From a virus (lineage: Duplodnaviria; Caudoviricetes): a stretch of 56,363 nt of DNA. The notes beneath the pieces are model-generated. The model was not told where the DNA came from. It was given only the letters and a program-made list of their open reading frames with translations, and did no database searches. The position numbers and the translations under genes were made by a program. The stretch lies in IMG/VR virus record IMGVR_UViG_3300049454_000020, positions 1 through 56,363 of that record; one strand, written 5' to 3'. Positions 28,082 to 36,331 of the stretch are shown here, one piece after another. Every line of letters begins with the position of its first letter. Position 1 is the stretch's first letter.

Positions 28082-28341
28082 GGCGGGCCCAGGTCGAGCG
28101 CGAAGCCGGGGAACGGTTGCCCGTTCGACTCCCACTGGAGGCCGTTGTCGCCGGGGAACGGCTGGCGGTGGTCTGCGCGGTTGGCCCAGATCACGTCGGG
28201 GATCCCGTCGGGGAACGCGCCGCAGACCTGACCCGCCGCGCCGCCCGAAGCATCATCGTCGGGGGGCTGGTTGTCGTCCCGGTCAAGCGGCGACAGATAC
28301 CGGGCACAGGCGACGCATTGCGGCATCGGGCGGGCCATCAC
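28078..28341 (-). CDS. Small CxxC protein
   Basis: CVAC...CGAFPDGIP..IW...DHRQP.PGDNG; coupled on both sides by GTGA overlaps. Confidence 0.8.
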   Translation of the reverse strand: MMARPMPQCVACARYLSPLDRDDNQPPDDDASGGAAGQVCGAFPDGIPDVIWANRADHRQPFPGDNGLQWESNGQPFPGFALDLGPP

Positions 28342-29396
28342 ACCAACTCCCCAGCCTGGTAGCGGTAGCCACCGTCGATGAGGGCGAAGATGTCCTGCGA
28401 CAGCGGCGACGCGTCGCCGCCCCTGGTGACGACGTCGGCGAACGCCTCCGCCGCCAGCTCGTGTGGGTTCGTCACCGCGTAGTCGGAGATCTGGTCCCGC
28501 GCCAAAGCGGACGGTTTCACCCCGGCGGCCTTCGCCTTCATGGTGACGTGTTTCTTCGACGCGGTCGCGGTCGCGGTGTGGTGGGCTACCACATGCCCGA
28601 ACTCGTGGTGCGCGACCCCGGCCGGGGTCGGCACAGACAACCAGCCGGTCTCAGCGTTCGACTTGAGCGACGCCCGGTACTTCTCCGGGTTGCCGGCGAA
28701 CTCGGTGTTGAACGCGATCTCGTCGAGGTTGCCGTGACGGGTCACGGCGTAGGCATCAGTCGCGGAGTGCAAAGTCGACCTGGAACCGGGCCCGTAGGTG
28801 CGGATCGACGACACCTGCGCTTGGGGGAACATCTCCAAATCTTGGAGGACGGCCTCGCCGTGCTCGCGGGCGATCTGCGGGTCGGAGCCCGTCATGTCGC
28901 ACCGCACCTGCCGTCCCGTGATCGACGAGGCTTCAGCGGCGACGACGGCGGACACCTCGTCGGTAGTCTTCGCGTCGCGGAGGGAAGGCCGCATCGACCC
29001 TTCCTCTCCGTGCGCACCAGACCCACCACCGCCCCCACTGCCGTGGCCTTTCGGGTCCGGGCCGTCGGCGGCCTTTGGCTTCGCGCACGGGCCGGGGTGG
29101 CGGGGGTTCAGGCAGTAGAAACACCCAGCCCACCGCACACGGTCCCCAACCCCGGACGCGACCCCAGCCGCCCGCGCGATCTGTGCCGCTATCGCATCCA
29201 TCACCTCAGCCAACGCTGCGGCCATCGCCGCCTCAGCCCGGTCCTCCCACCCAGCCAACGCGGCGTCGTCAAGGCCCCGAATCCGACGCGAACGCGCCGC
29301 GGCCACCACAACAGCGTCCGCGTCCGGAGGCGACAACACCTCCACCGGGAACTCGGCGTCGTCGACAACCCTGTCAGCGAAAGACGCGACGGTCAC
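28338..29396 (-). CDS. CCHC-tagged zincin-like metallopeptidase
   Basis: HEFGH plus downstream SDYA....ELAAEAF; internal WAGCFYCLNPRHPGPCAKP. Confidence 0.78.
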   Translation of the reverse strand: MTVASFADRVVDDAEFPVEVLSPPDADAVVVAAARSRRIRGLDDAALAGWEDRAEAAMAAALAEVMDAIAAQIARAAGVASGVGDRVRWAGCFYCLNPRHPGPCAKPKAADGPDPKGHGSGGGGGSGAHGEEGSMRPSLRDAKTTDEVSAVVAAEASSITGRQVRCDMTGSDPQIAREHGEAVLQDLEMFPQAQVSSIRTYGPGSRSTLHSATDAYAVTRHGNLDEIAFNTEFAGNPEKYRASLKSNAETGWLSVPTPAGVAHHEFGHVVAHHTATATASKKHVTMKAKAAGVKPSALARDQISDYAVTNPHELAAEAFADVVTRGGDASPLSQDIFALIDGGYRYQAGELV

Positions 29397-30202
29397 GGCA
29401 TCACCTCGACATCAACCGTCCGCACGCCGCCGACGTCGTATTCCCGCCGCACCTTGAACTTCAACCCCCGCTGCAGGACGAGCTCATCCGTGTCGAACCC
29501 CTGCGAACCCATCGCCCCTGTCCCCTTCGGAACCAGGATCCGCATCTCCAGGCCCGTCTTGTTGCCGCTGTACCGGCCCGACGCGCCACCCGCCGTCGTC
29601 GTCGACACGTAGCCGTGATCCCGGAACTCCAAGCCGGTCAACGGCCCGTCGTGCCCGAACAGCTTCGACGCGTCCGACACGCCCCGATGCACGACCACAT
29701 CCCGGTCGAGCTTCGAATGCGCCATACCCGCGTCCAGGCCGGTCGTCATGTCGGTGACCCGCTTCGGGCTGTAATGCAGCACCTTCGGCATCTCCGCGGG
29801 CGGGTTCGCGACGTCGCCGCCAGTGGACCGCAACGAGTTGTTGACCATGGCGTAGCCGTTGTCGCCGTAGTCGTACGCGGCGTCGGAGACCTTGTCCCCG
29901 GACACGCCGGTTCCGCCGAAATCGTCGTCGTCGTAGGTGAGGTCGCTTTCGGTCTGGCGGTTGTACGGCGCGGCTTTCGCGGCTGCGGGCCCGGTGGCGG
30001 CTTTCGACGCGCGGTCTTCGAACGACCCCTTCGCACCGGTGCCACCACCGCCGCCTTTGACTTTTGGGGCGTCCTTGGCCTTGCCGTGCCGCTTCTCGTA
30101 CGCCTTGCTGCCCGGTTTGGCGCACGGCCCCGGATGCCTCGGGTTCAGGCAGTAAAAGCATCCCGCCCAAACCTCGCGGATCTTGGTGTCCACGGGGATC
30201 AC
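29393..30202 (-). CDS. CCHC-tagged VIP2-type ADP-ribosyltransferase
   Basis: YAMVNNSLR, HRG, YVSTT, DELVLQRG; N-terminal WAGCFYCLNPRHPGPCAKP. Confidence 0.85.
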   Translation of the reverse strand: MIPVDTKIREVWAGCFYCLNPRHPGPCAKPGSKAYEKRHGKAKDAPKVKGGGGGTGAKGSFEDRASKAATGPAAAKAAPYNRQTESDLTYDDDDFGGTGVSGDKVSDAAYDYGDNGYAMVNNSLRSTGGDVANPPAEMPKVLHYSPKRVTDMTTGLDAGMAHSKLDRDVVVHRGVSDASKLFGHDGPLTGLEFRDHGYVSTTTAGGASGRYSGNKTGLEMRILVPKGTGAMGSQGFDTDELVLQRGLKFKVRREYDVGGVRTVDVEVMP

Positions 30203-31818
30203 CTGCGGGGGCGGCGGTGCAGCCCCCGGTGACGGCCATTCGGCGACACAGCCGTCAACGCCTTACGGTCCAACGCCGCCAAATGATCCAACGCGAACTG
30301 CGCCGACGCGACCCTGCCCGGAACAGGCGTGCTGGACGGCGGCGCCGCAGCGGGCCTGGGAGGCTGCGTGACGGGCGCACCGGAGGCAGGGCCGGCCGCG
30401 GGAGGCGTCACAGAACCGCCGCCCGCACTGACCGGACCAGGGCTGCCGGCCCCGCCCCCGGAAACTGGGACCGGCCCGCCGCCGGTCAGTTGTTGCACCG
30501 ACTGCGGCGCGAGAGTCTCCGACCCGGCGACCTTCTTCCAGATCATCTCTTCCAGCTCGTCGCTGGTCGGCTTGTCGGACTCGTCGAACCCGGACTCCCG
30601 CCGCAACGCCGTGCCGGTGATCTCGAGCCGGTCGTACAGGTCCTTGGCCGGCGCGGACTTGTCGACCTTCGCCGTCAACTCGCTGGTGTCGTACCAGGCG
30701 ATCAGCTTCCCGCCGTTCGGGCCCACCGGCGACAGCCCCGACGCGCGAAGCATCGGCTGTAGGTACGCCTTCGTCACCGCGCCGCAGATCGTCTCGGCCA
30801 GCGGCGAGAACGTGATCCGGACCTCTTCCTCGGACGCGATCGCGGCGCCCCAATGGTTCTGCTCGCCCATCCCGCCCGACACCCGCTCGCGTGCCACACC
30901 CAACGTGTCGCCGAGCCGGCCCAACTCGTCGGTCCGCTCCTTCAGCAGCCACTCGTCGAGCGGGTCGTCGGCTTTGAGGATCTTCCACTTCTCGATCAGG
31001 TCGGCGGTGAACCGGATCGGGATCGGGATCCCCGCCGACGCGCGGCTCGGGTCGGCGATGTTCTTCGACGCGATGTCGATCAGCATCGACACGAACGGGT
31101 CCGGGGCCTCCTGGTACTGCTCCGGCACCGAGAAGGTGCCCTCCTGCGGGATCAGCAGCAGCCCGTTCATCGCCAACCGGGACACCATCATCGCGATGAT
31201 CCGGGAGTCGATCAGGAAAATGCGGCGCATGATCGGGACCGCCGCCTCAGCCGAAGACGTCGCCAACCACGGGAACTGCGGGTCCGGCTCATGAATCCGC
31301 ATCGGCAAATTGTCGAACGCCAAATCCCGCCACAACGACTCCCCGACCCGGACCTGGAAACCGGACGGGCCGCCGACCCGGATCGCCTCCGTCGAGAACA
31401 CGCACCAATCCGCCGCCGCCAACGGCGCCGCCGGGTCGTCGCGCTCCGCGACAAGCCACCCCTCGCCCGGAATCAAAAGCTGCGGCGTGATCGCCTTCAA
31501 AAACGCGGAATGCCCCGGCCCGCCGCCGCAAAAGTCCTGCATCAACTGAGCCGCCGGCCCGTCCTCCAACGGCTCCGGCTCGTCACCGCCGGGCACGATC
31601 TCAGCCGCGTTCAACCGGATCCGGGACATGGCGCGGGCCTGCCAGTCCATCGCCTGGTTGAACTCTCCCAGCGACCGGCGGAACCCCCACGCCTCCCGCT
31701 GCCACGACTGCGTCAGGAACACCGTCCCGGAGCGGAACATGTCCGGCGTGTACGGGGTCGCCGCCGCGGTCAGGGCGCGCGGTCGGAGGCGGGCAGGGAC
31801 GCGTCGCGTGTCCGGCAC
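30199..31818 (-). CDS. Portal protein
   Basis: WQREAW, PGEGW, NGLLLIP, NHWG, WYDTSEL; Pro/Gly-rich C-terminal tail; first large gene after terminase. Confidence 0.88.
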   Translation of the reverse strand: MPDTRRVPARLRPRALTAAATPYTPDMFRSGTVFLTQSWQREAWGFRRSLGEFNQAMDWQARAMSRIRLNAAEIVPGGDEPEPLEDGPAAQLMQDFCGGGPGHSAFLKAITPQLLIPGEGWLVAERDDPAAPLAAADWCVFSTEAIRVGGPSGFQVRVGESLWRDLAFDNLPMRIHEPDPQFPWLATSSAEAAVPIMRRIFLIDSRIIAMMVSRLAMNGLLLIPQEGTFSVPEQYQEAPDPFVSMLIDIASKNIADPSRASAGIPIPIRFTADLIEKWKILKADDPLDEWLLKERTDELGRLGDTLGVARERVSGGMGEQNHWGAAIASEEEVRITFSPLAETICGAVTKAYLQPMLRASGLSPVGPNGGKLIAWYDTSELTAKVDKSAPAKDLYDRLEITGTALRRESGFDESDKPTSDELEEMIWKKVAGSETLAPQSVQQLTGGGPVPVSGGGAGSPGPVSAGGGSVTPPAAGPASGAPVTQPPRPAAAPPSSTPVPGRVASAQFALDHLAALDRKALTAVSPNGRHRGLHRRPRR

Positions 31819-32082
31819 TGCTCACCCCCGTGATCAGCCGTTGCGGCTCATCATAGGGCGAAGATCGGCGTAGTGGCCTGCGCGGATGGCGGGCGAGCCC
31901 CGCGCCGGGAGGTGGCGGGGCCCGCCGCGCCGCGACCCCGCGCGTCGTGAGGCGGGACACAGCAGGGGCCGCAAGGGGGGCGGATGGCTGAACCGCCGGC
32001 CCGGTTCGGAGCCTAACCGCCGGCGAGCCACCCGACGCGGTCCAGGCCGGCCGACACGGCGACGATCCCCGCGAGGACCGCG

Positions 32083-32382
32083 TTAGCCGCCAGCCCGCGC
32101 AGCAGCCCGGCCGCCGCTTGTCGCCTGCTCGTCGAGGTTCGGGCGTGGCAGGCCGAGCGCGTCCCACATGTCAACGGCGACGACCTGCAACCTGCCCGCC
32201 TCACGCGCCCGAGCGGCGTGGGCCTCGCATGACGTGCCGTCCCCGACCTCCGCGAGCCGGGCCCGGATCTCGGGGAGAAGCGTGGCCAAGACCTTCCCCG
32301 CGGCGGCCTGGATGCCGCCCCTGACCGCCTCGCGAGCGGCCTGCTCAAGCCCGTTCTCATACGACTCCGCACCCTCAGTCAT
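32083..32382 (-). CDS. Hypothetical protein
   Basis: ATGA overlap with upstream gene. Confidence 0.6.
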   Translation of the reverse strand: MTEGAESYENGLEQAAREAVRGGIQAAAGKVLATLLPEIRARLAEVGDGTSCEAHAARAREAGRLQVVAVDMWDALGLPRPNLDEQATSGGRAAARAGG

Positions 32383-32795
32383 CGGGGGATCCTCGTGTTC
32401 TTCTCGATCTCCAACTCGCGGAGCTTGAACCTCTGATCGTGCTCGCCCTCAACCATGTTCATCACCCCAGCCAACCCCGACCCGGCGGCCAGGATCAGCC
32501 ACGGGAACGGGACCGACAGCCGCCAATCAGTCGCTGCCCATATCGCGCCCCCGACCCACACCGACATGCACCAGCTGCACGTCCACACATACGCCAACGC
32601 GTAGCCGAGCCCACCCATACGTCTCCCGCCGACCAACGACCCGTCCGCGTCGACGAGGCCGAATGTGGCGATGAACCACTCCCTCACCGCACGTACCGGT
32701 GGGAAGTCGTCGACAACGAGGAGGCGGGTGCCACGCCAGATCGCGACGACCATCCCGACCGCGAGCAGCAGACGCCACCAACCGTCGTTATCCAC
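32379..32795 (-). CDS. DUF1360-like membrane protein
   Basis: RGTRLLVVD...R, TCSWCMSVW, hydrophobic segments. Confidence 0.8.
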   Translation of the reverse strand: MDNDGWWRLLLAVGMVVAIWRGTRLLVVDDFPPVRAVREWFIATFGLVDADGSLVGGRRMGGLGYALAYVWTCSWCMSVWVGGAIWAATDWRLSVPFPWLILAAGSGLAGVMNMVEGEHDQRFKLRELEIEKNTRIPR

Positions 32796-33150
32796 GGCTC
32801 TCCCCGTCCGTTGGCGGCCCTGCGGGGCGGGGATGGCCGCCGTAGCCGCACGTGCATGTCAGATGGTGCGTCGTGACGAGCGCACACGTTGGCTGATGTG
32901 TCGGCCGGTGTTCCGGCAGCGCCGCAGCGAGGCTCTTCAACTGCCCCGACACACCGGCTAGCAGTATCGCCACCTTCAAGTCGTCGCCGGCCGCGAGCGC
33001 GTCACCGAGCCCGTCGGCCAACTCCTGGACGTTGACCTGGAGCTGCGCCAGCCGGCCATGCCAGCACGGCTTTCCCTCAAGCGCATCCGCAAGGCCGAAC
33101 GGGTCACGCGGATCCGGCCACATCTCCGGCCACATCTCCGGCCCAGTCAC
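32788..33150 (-). CDS. Hypothetical protein
   Basis: GTGA-coupled; 12-bp tandem duplication encoding PEMWPEMW; C-terminal H...C...CTC. Confidence 0.6.
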   Translation of the reverse strand: MTGPEMWPEMWPDPRDPFGLADALEGKPCWHGRLAQLQVNVQELADGLGDALAAGDDLKVAILLAGVSGQLKSLAAALPEHRPTHQPTCALVTTHHLTCTCGYGGHPRPAGPPTDGESRG

Positions 33151-33392
33151 GGGTCGACCAGGTCGTTGTACCGGCCAACGACCACGCCCGCGTCCACAGC
33201 AGACCCCGTCACCCGGAACACCGCCACGTCGTTGATCCGGACCGGGTTGATGTCGCCCATGAACATGTTCTGCACCTGGACCATCTGCACCCGCGTCCCA
33301 TCCAACAACGCCAAGCACCGGTCGCCGGCCTCGCCGTCAGAGTCGCCGTGAAACTCCAGGTCCGCGAACTGCAACGCCGCCACCTCAGCCAT
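33147..33392 (-). CDS. Hypothetical protein
   Basis: GGAGG RBS; overlapping neighbours. Confidence 0.65.
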   Translation of the reverse strand: MAEVAALQFADLEFHGDSDGEAGDRCLALLDGTRVQMVQVQNMFMGDINPVRINDVAVFRVTGSAVDAGVVVGRYNDLVDP

Positions 33393-33570
33393 GCCCGTCC
33401 TCCTTCACTGCGAAAATCCCGGTCAAACAGGTAGGACAACCCTGCAACACCGCGATGATGGCACCATCCACGATCACGTCGCCCTCCAGCGCGGCCGGGA
33501 GCAGGCAATGCCCGCACCACACGCCGCCGCGCAGCTCGGGCAGCAACTCCACGACCGGCGGCGCGGTCAC
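33385..33570 (-). CDS. Small Zn-ribbon protein
   Basis: WCGHC...GCPTC; GTGA-coupled. Confidence 0.6.
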   Translation of the reverse strand: MTAPPVVELLPELRGGVWCGHCLLPAALEGDVIVDGAIIAVLQGCPTCLTGIFAVKEDGHG

Positions 33571-33920
33571 GACGCCTCCCCGGCAGGCGCGAGGCCAGCG
33601 GGCACCGGACGCCAATGGCCCGGCCGCAACCCCGCCTGCCACACCAACTCCATGCCCTTCACCGGACGCAGCGGCATCCGCAGCCCCCGCGCCAACGCTG
33701 CCCGCCGCGCTCTTGGCTCAGCCCACAGACACGACAGGATCATCGCCTCCGGCGCGTCCAACACCCGCGACCCCCCGAGCGCCGGGAACGTCACCCCCAC
33801 CGTCCCGGTGTGCAACACGACCTCACACCCGCCGATCGCGGCCCGCGCCGTCGGGCACATCGAATAAGGCTGCTCCGTCAGCAACTCCTGCGGAATGTAG
33901 GCACTCCTAGAAACCGTCAC
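33567..33920 (-). CDS. Hypothetical protein
   Basis: GGAGG RBS; coupled to downstream gene. Confidence 0.55.
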   Translation of the reverse strand: MTVSRSAYIPQELLTEQPYSMCPTARAAIGGCEVVLHTGTVGVTFPALGGSRVLDAPEAMILSCLWAEPRARRAALARGLRMPLRPVKGMELVWQAGLRPGHWRPVPAGLAPAGEAS

Positions 33921-33974
33921 CGTCGATCCCTCCCCGTGGCCCGGTTGTGTCGATGTCCCATCATGCGCCCCCGG

Positions 33975-35489
33975 TCACCGCGACCACGGCAACAGCATCG
34001 TGTCCGACAACGTCACCGCGCCCGCCAACGACGAACTGCCCGACGACGGCACCGGCAACACCGACAACGCCAAATACACCGACGCGTCCAACCGCCCCGG
34101 CGACTCCGACGAGCCGAGCTGCCACGTCGCCCACTCCGCCTCCAAATCCGGCAGATACGACGACGTCACAACCCGGCCCTCCTTCCACTGCTGCGCCACC
34201 GGCTCCGCCCGCAACTGCTTGTTACGACGCGCGTCGACCGGCACAATCCTCGGCACCAACACACCGAAACGAGCCGGCTGCTCACGACGCAACGCGTCCC
34301 ACGCCGTCCGCAACGTCAACAGCGCCATGTCGCCGCCGAAGTTCTTCTCAATCACAAACCGGTCCGCGTCAATCTCCACCGCAAGCTCGCACGCCACCCG
34401 CGCCCACACATCCGACGCCATCACCGCGCTGCGGTCATGCGACAGGTGGCAACGCCCGTCCTCACCCAGGTACCCGCCTACCACGCCCGCCGTGTCCCGG
34501 CCACCACCCGACGGGTCGATCGCCACCGCCACAATCCGAGGCGACGAGCAGCCGCCGCGGCCCGGCTCGTAGCAGCGCCGCTCCCTGAGCAGTTGCCACG
34601 ACACGAGGGCGCCCTCGTTCGGCTTCGGGTCGCACTGCCACAGGCTTTGCCAGTCGCGGGCCGACACCGAGCTTTTCAGCGAATGCCAGTGCTTCAGCAG
34701 GGCGGTGGTGTTTCCGTCGGCGACCTTCGGGTGCGGGATCGGATCTCCCTCTTTGCGGCCGAGCGGGTCGGTGAGCGGGTTTGTGCACAAGGCGGGGATG
34801 ACGATGACCCGCCACCGGCCGCCAATCGCACGGTCGCCTTCGTCCTGGACCACGCGGGCACGGAGGTCGTCTTCATGCCACGGCGTTTGGATCATCACGA
34901 TGGGGCAGCCCGGCGACTGGCGGCTGAGGATGTCGGCTGAGTACCACTCCGCCGTCGAGTCCCGTTTCTTCTTGCTGTCAGCGTCCTGCCGTCCCGCGAT
35001 CGGGTCGTCGATGAAAATCAGCTCCGCGTCGTGGCCCGTGATGCCGGACCCGACACCGACCGAGCGGACACCGCCGCCACTGGTCAGCGTCCAGTCCTTC
35101 ATGGACGTCGACCCGCGGTCGAGGAACAGGCCGTACGACGCGCCGTGCCGTTCGATCAGGCGCCGGATCGCCTTGCCGCGGCGGACGGCTAGGTCGTCGC
35201 CGTAGCAGCCGACCACGATCCGGGTGGTGGGGTGCAGGCACAGCCACCAAAACGCGCCCCATTCCACAGCGGTGCGGGACTTCCCGACCTGAGGCGGGGT
35301 GTTGATCAGCAGCCGGTCGAAGTCGCCGCGCTCCAACGCCGCCATCTCGTCGCCGATCACCACCACGTGCGCCCGGACCTGATAGGCGCGGTCCAGGTGC
35401 GCGGCCAACGCGACGGGGGTGGCCAGTTCGGGGCGGGTCCCGTCCGGCGGGTCGAGGACGTCAGCGAGCGCGGCCCAGGTGGAGGTCAT
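33975..35489 (-). CDS. terL: Terminase large subunit
   Basis: PPQVGKS (Walker A), IFIDDP (Walker B), QTPWHEDDL, AIDPS, SPGRLDA. Confidence 0.95.
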   Translation of the reverse strand: MTSTWAALADVLDPPDGTRPELATPVALAAHLDRAYQVRAHVVVIGDEMAALERGDFDRLLINTPPQVGKSRTAVEWGAFWWLCLHPTTRIVVGCYGDDLAVRRGKAIRRLIERHGASYGLFLDRGSTSMKDWTLTSGGGVRSVGVGSGITGHDAELIFIDDPIAGRQDADSKKKRDSTAEWYSADILSRQSPGCPIVMIQTPWHEDDLRARVVQDEGDRAIGGRWRVIVIPALCTNPLTDPLGRKEGDPIPHPKVADGNTTALLKHWHSLKSSVSARDWQSLWQCDPKPNEGALVSWQLLRERRCYEPGRGGCSSPRIVAVAIDPSGGGRDTAGVVGGYLGEDGRCHLSHDRSAVMASDVWARVACELAVEIDADRFVIEKNFGGDMALLTLRTAWDALRREQPARFGVLVPRIVPVDARRNKQLRAEPVAQQWKEGRVVTSSYLPDLEAEWATWQLGSSESPGRLDASVYLALSVLPVPSSGSSSLAGAVTLSDTMLLPWSR

Positions 35490-35590
35490 CAGTGGGTCGC
35501 CACCCAGGCCCACGATGCCAGCCCGCACATGATGACCACCGTGACGCAGACGATCACCATGGTCACGGTGCCCTGCTGATCCTTAGTCAT
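35489..35590 (-). CDS. 33-aa single-TM peptide, not in ORF track
   Basis: MTKDQQGTVTMVIVCVTVVIMCGLASWAWVATH; TGATG overlap with terL. Confidence 0.55.
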   Translation of the reverse strand: MTKDQQGTVTMVIVCVTVVIMCGLASWAWVATH

Positions 35591-35662
35591 GCCAACACTT
35601 CCGTTCATGATTCGAACTACTGTCCGGCATACCATAATCGCTCTTATGGTATGCCTCGGAGA

Positions 35663-36331
35663 TCATTCGACGACCTGTCCGGTGATCACCCGGACCTGAC
35701 CCAACCCACGCAACAACCGCGCCGCCGTCTCCCGCTGCTCCTGCGACAACGCCAAATCCGGCGATAGCAGCACCGACGCGAACACCTCCACCTGGGCCCG
35801 CACGTACTCGTCACGGCGGGCCTCCAACCCGAGGCGGACAATCTCGACGCCGAGTTTGGCGTACCGGTCGCGCTCCTCGTTGAACAACTTCACCCACACG
35901 TTGATGCTGGCCCGCTGTTTCACCGACTTGACGTGCTTGCCGCCGTTGTCGGCGGGCACTTCCGGGACGTTGTCCGGCTCGGCGTCGATCGCGATCTCGG
36001 TGACGCCCCAGGTGATGTCGGCCATGGGGATCGACGCGACCTTCCGCTCCAGGCCGGCGACGATGCCGGCGGTGCGCCAGTATTCTTCGATGAGTCCGTC
36101 GGCGGGGTCGATGTGGCGGGGGATGCCGTAGGCGTTGGCCATGTTCCTGATCATTTGCCGTTCGGCTTTGATGATGTGGTTCGGGGCGCATCCGCCGTGG
36201 AGTTTGCAGGCTCCGATGCCGGGGTGTGGGGTTCCCCAGCCTGCCGGTCTTGTGCAGGTTCCGGGGGCTTGCCGCTTCTTCTGGCCGCAGTGGTTCTTAT
36301 CACGAGGCGGCTCTTTTTGATCTTGTGTCAA
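35663..36331 (-). CDS. Terminase small subunit (probable)
   Basis: CGQK...C...AGWGT.H...G.CKLHGG motif then helical region; upstream of terL. Confidence 0.65.
   Translation of the reverse strand: MTQDQKEPPRDKNHCGQKKRQAPGTCTRPAGWGTPHPGIGACKLHGGCAPNHIIKAERQMIRNMANAYGIPRHIDPADGLIEEYWRTAGIVAGLERKVASIPMADITWGVTEIAIDAEPDNVPEVPADNGGKHVKSVKQRASINVWVKLFNEERDRYAKLGVEIVRLGLEARRDEYVRAQVEVFASVLLSPDLALSQEQRETAARLLRGLGQVRVITGQVVE

Noticed and set aside
31834-32082. Short ORFs upstream of the portal gene
   Set aside because: Arg/Pro-rich translations without RBS; more likely a GC-rich intergenic region containing a promoter.
33115-33142. 12-bp tandem duplication (PEMWPEMW)
   Set aside because: Only two in-frame copies; no sign of function.
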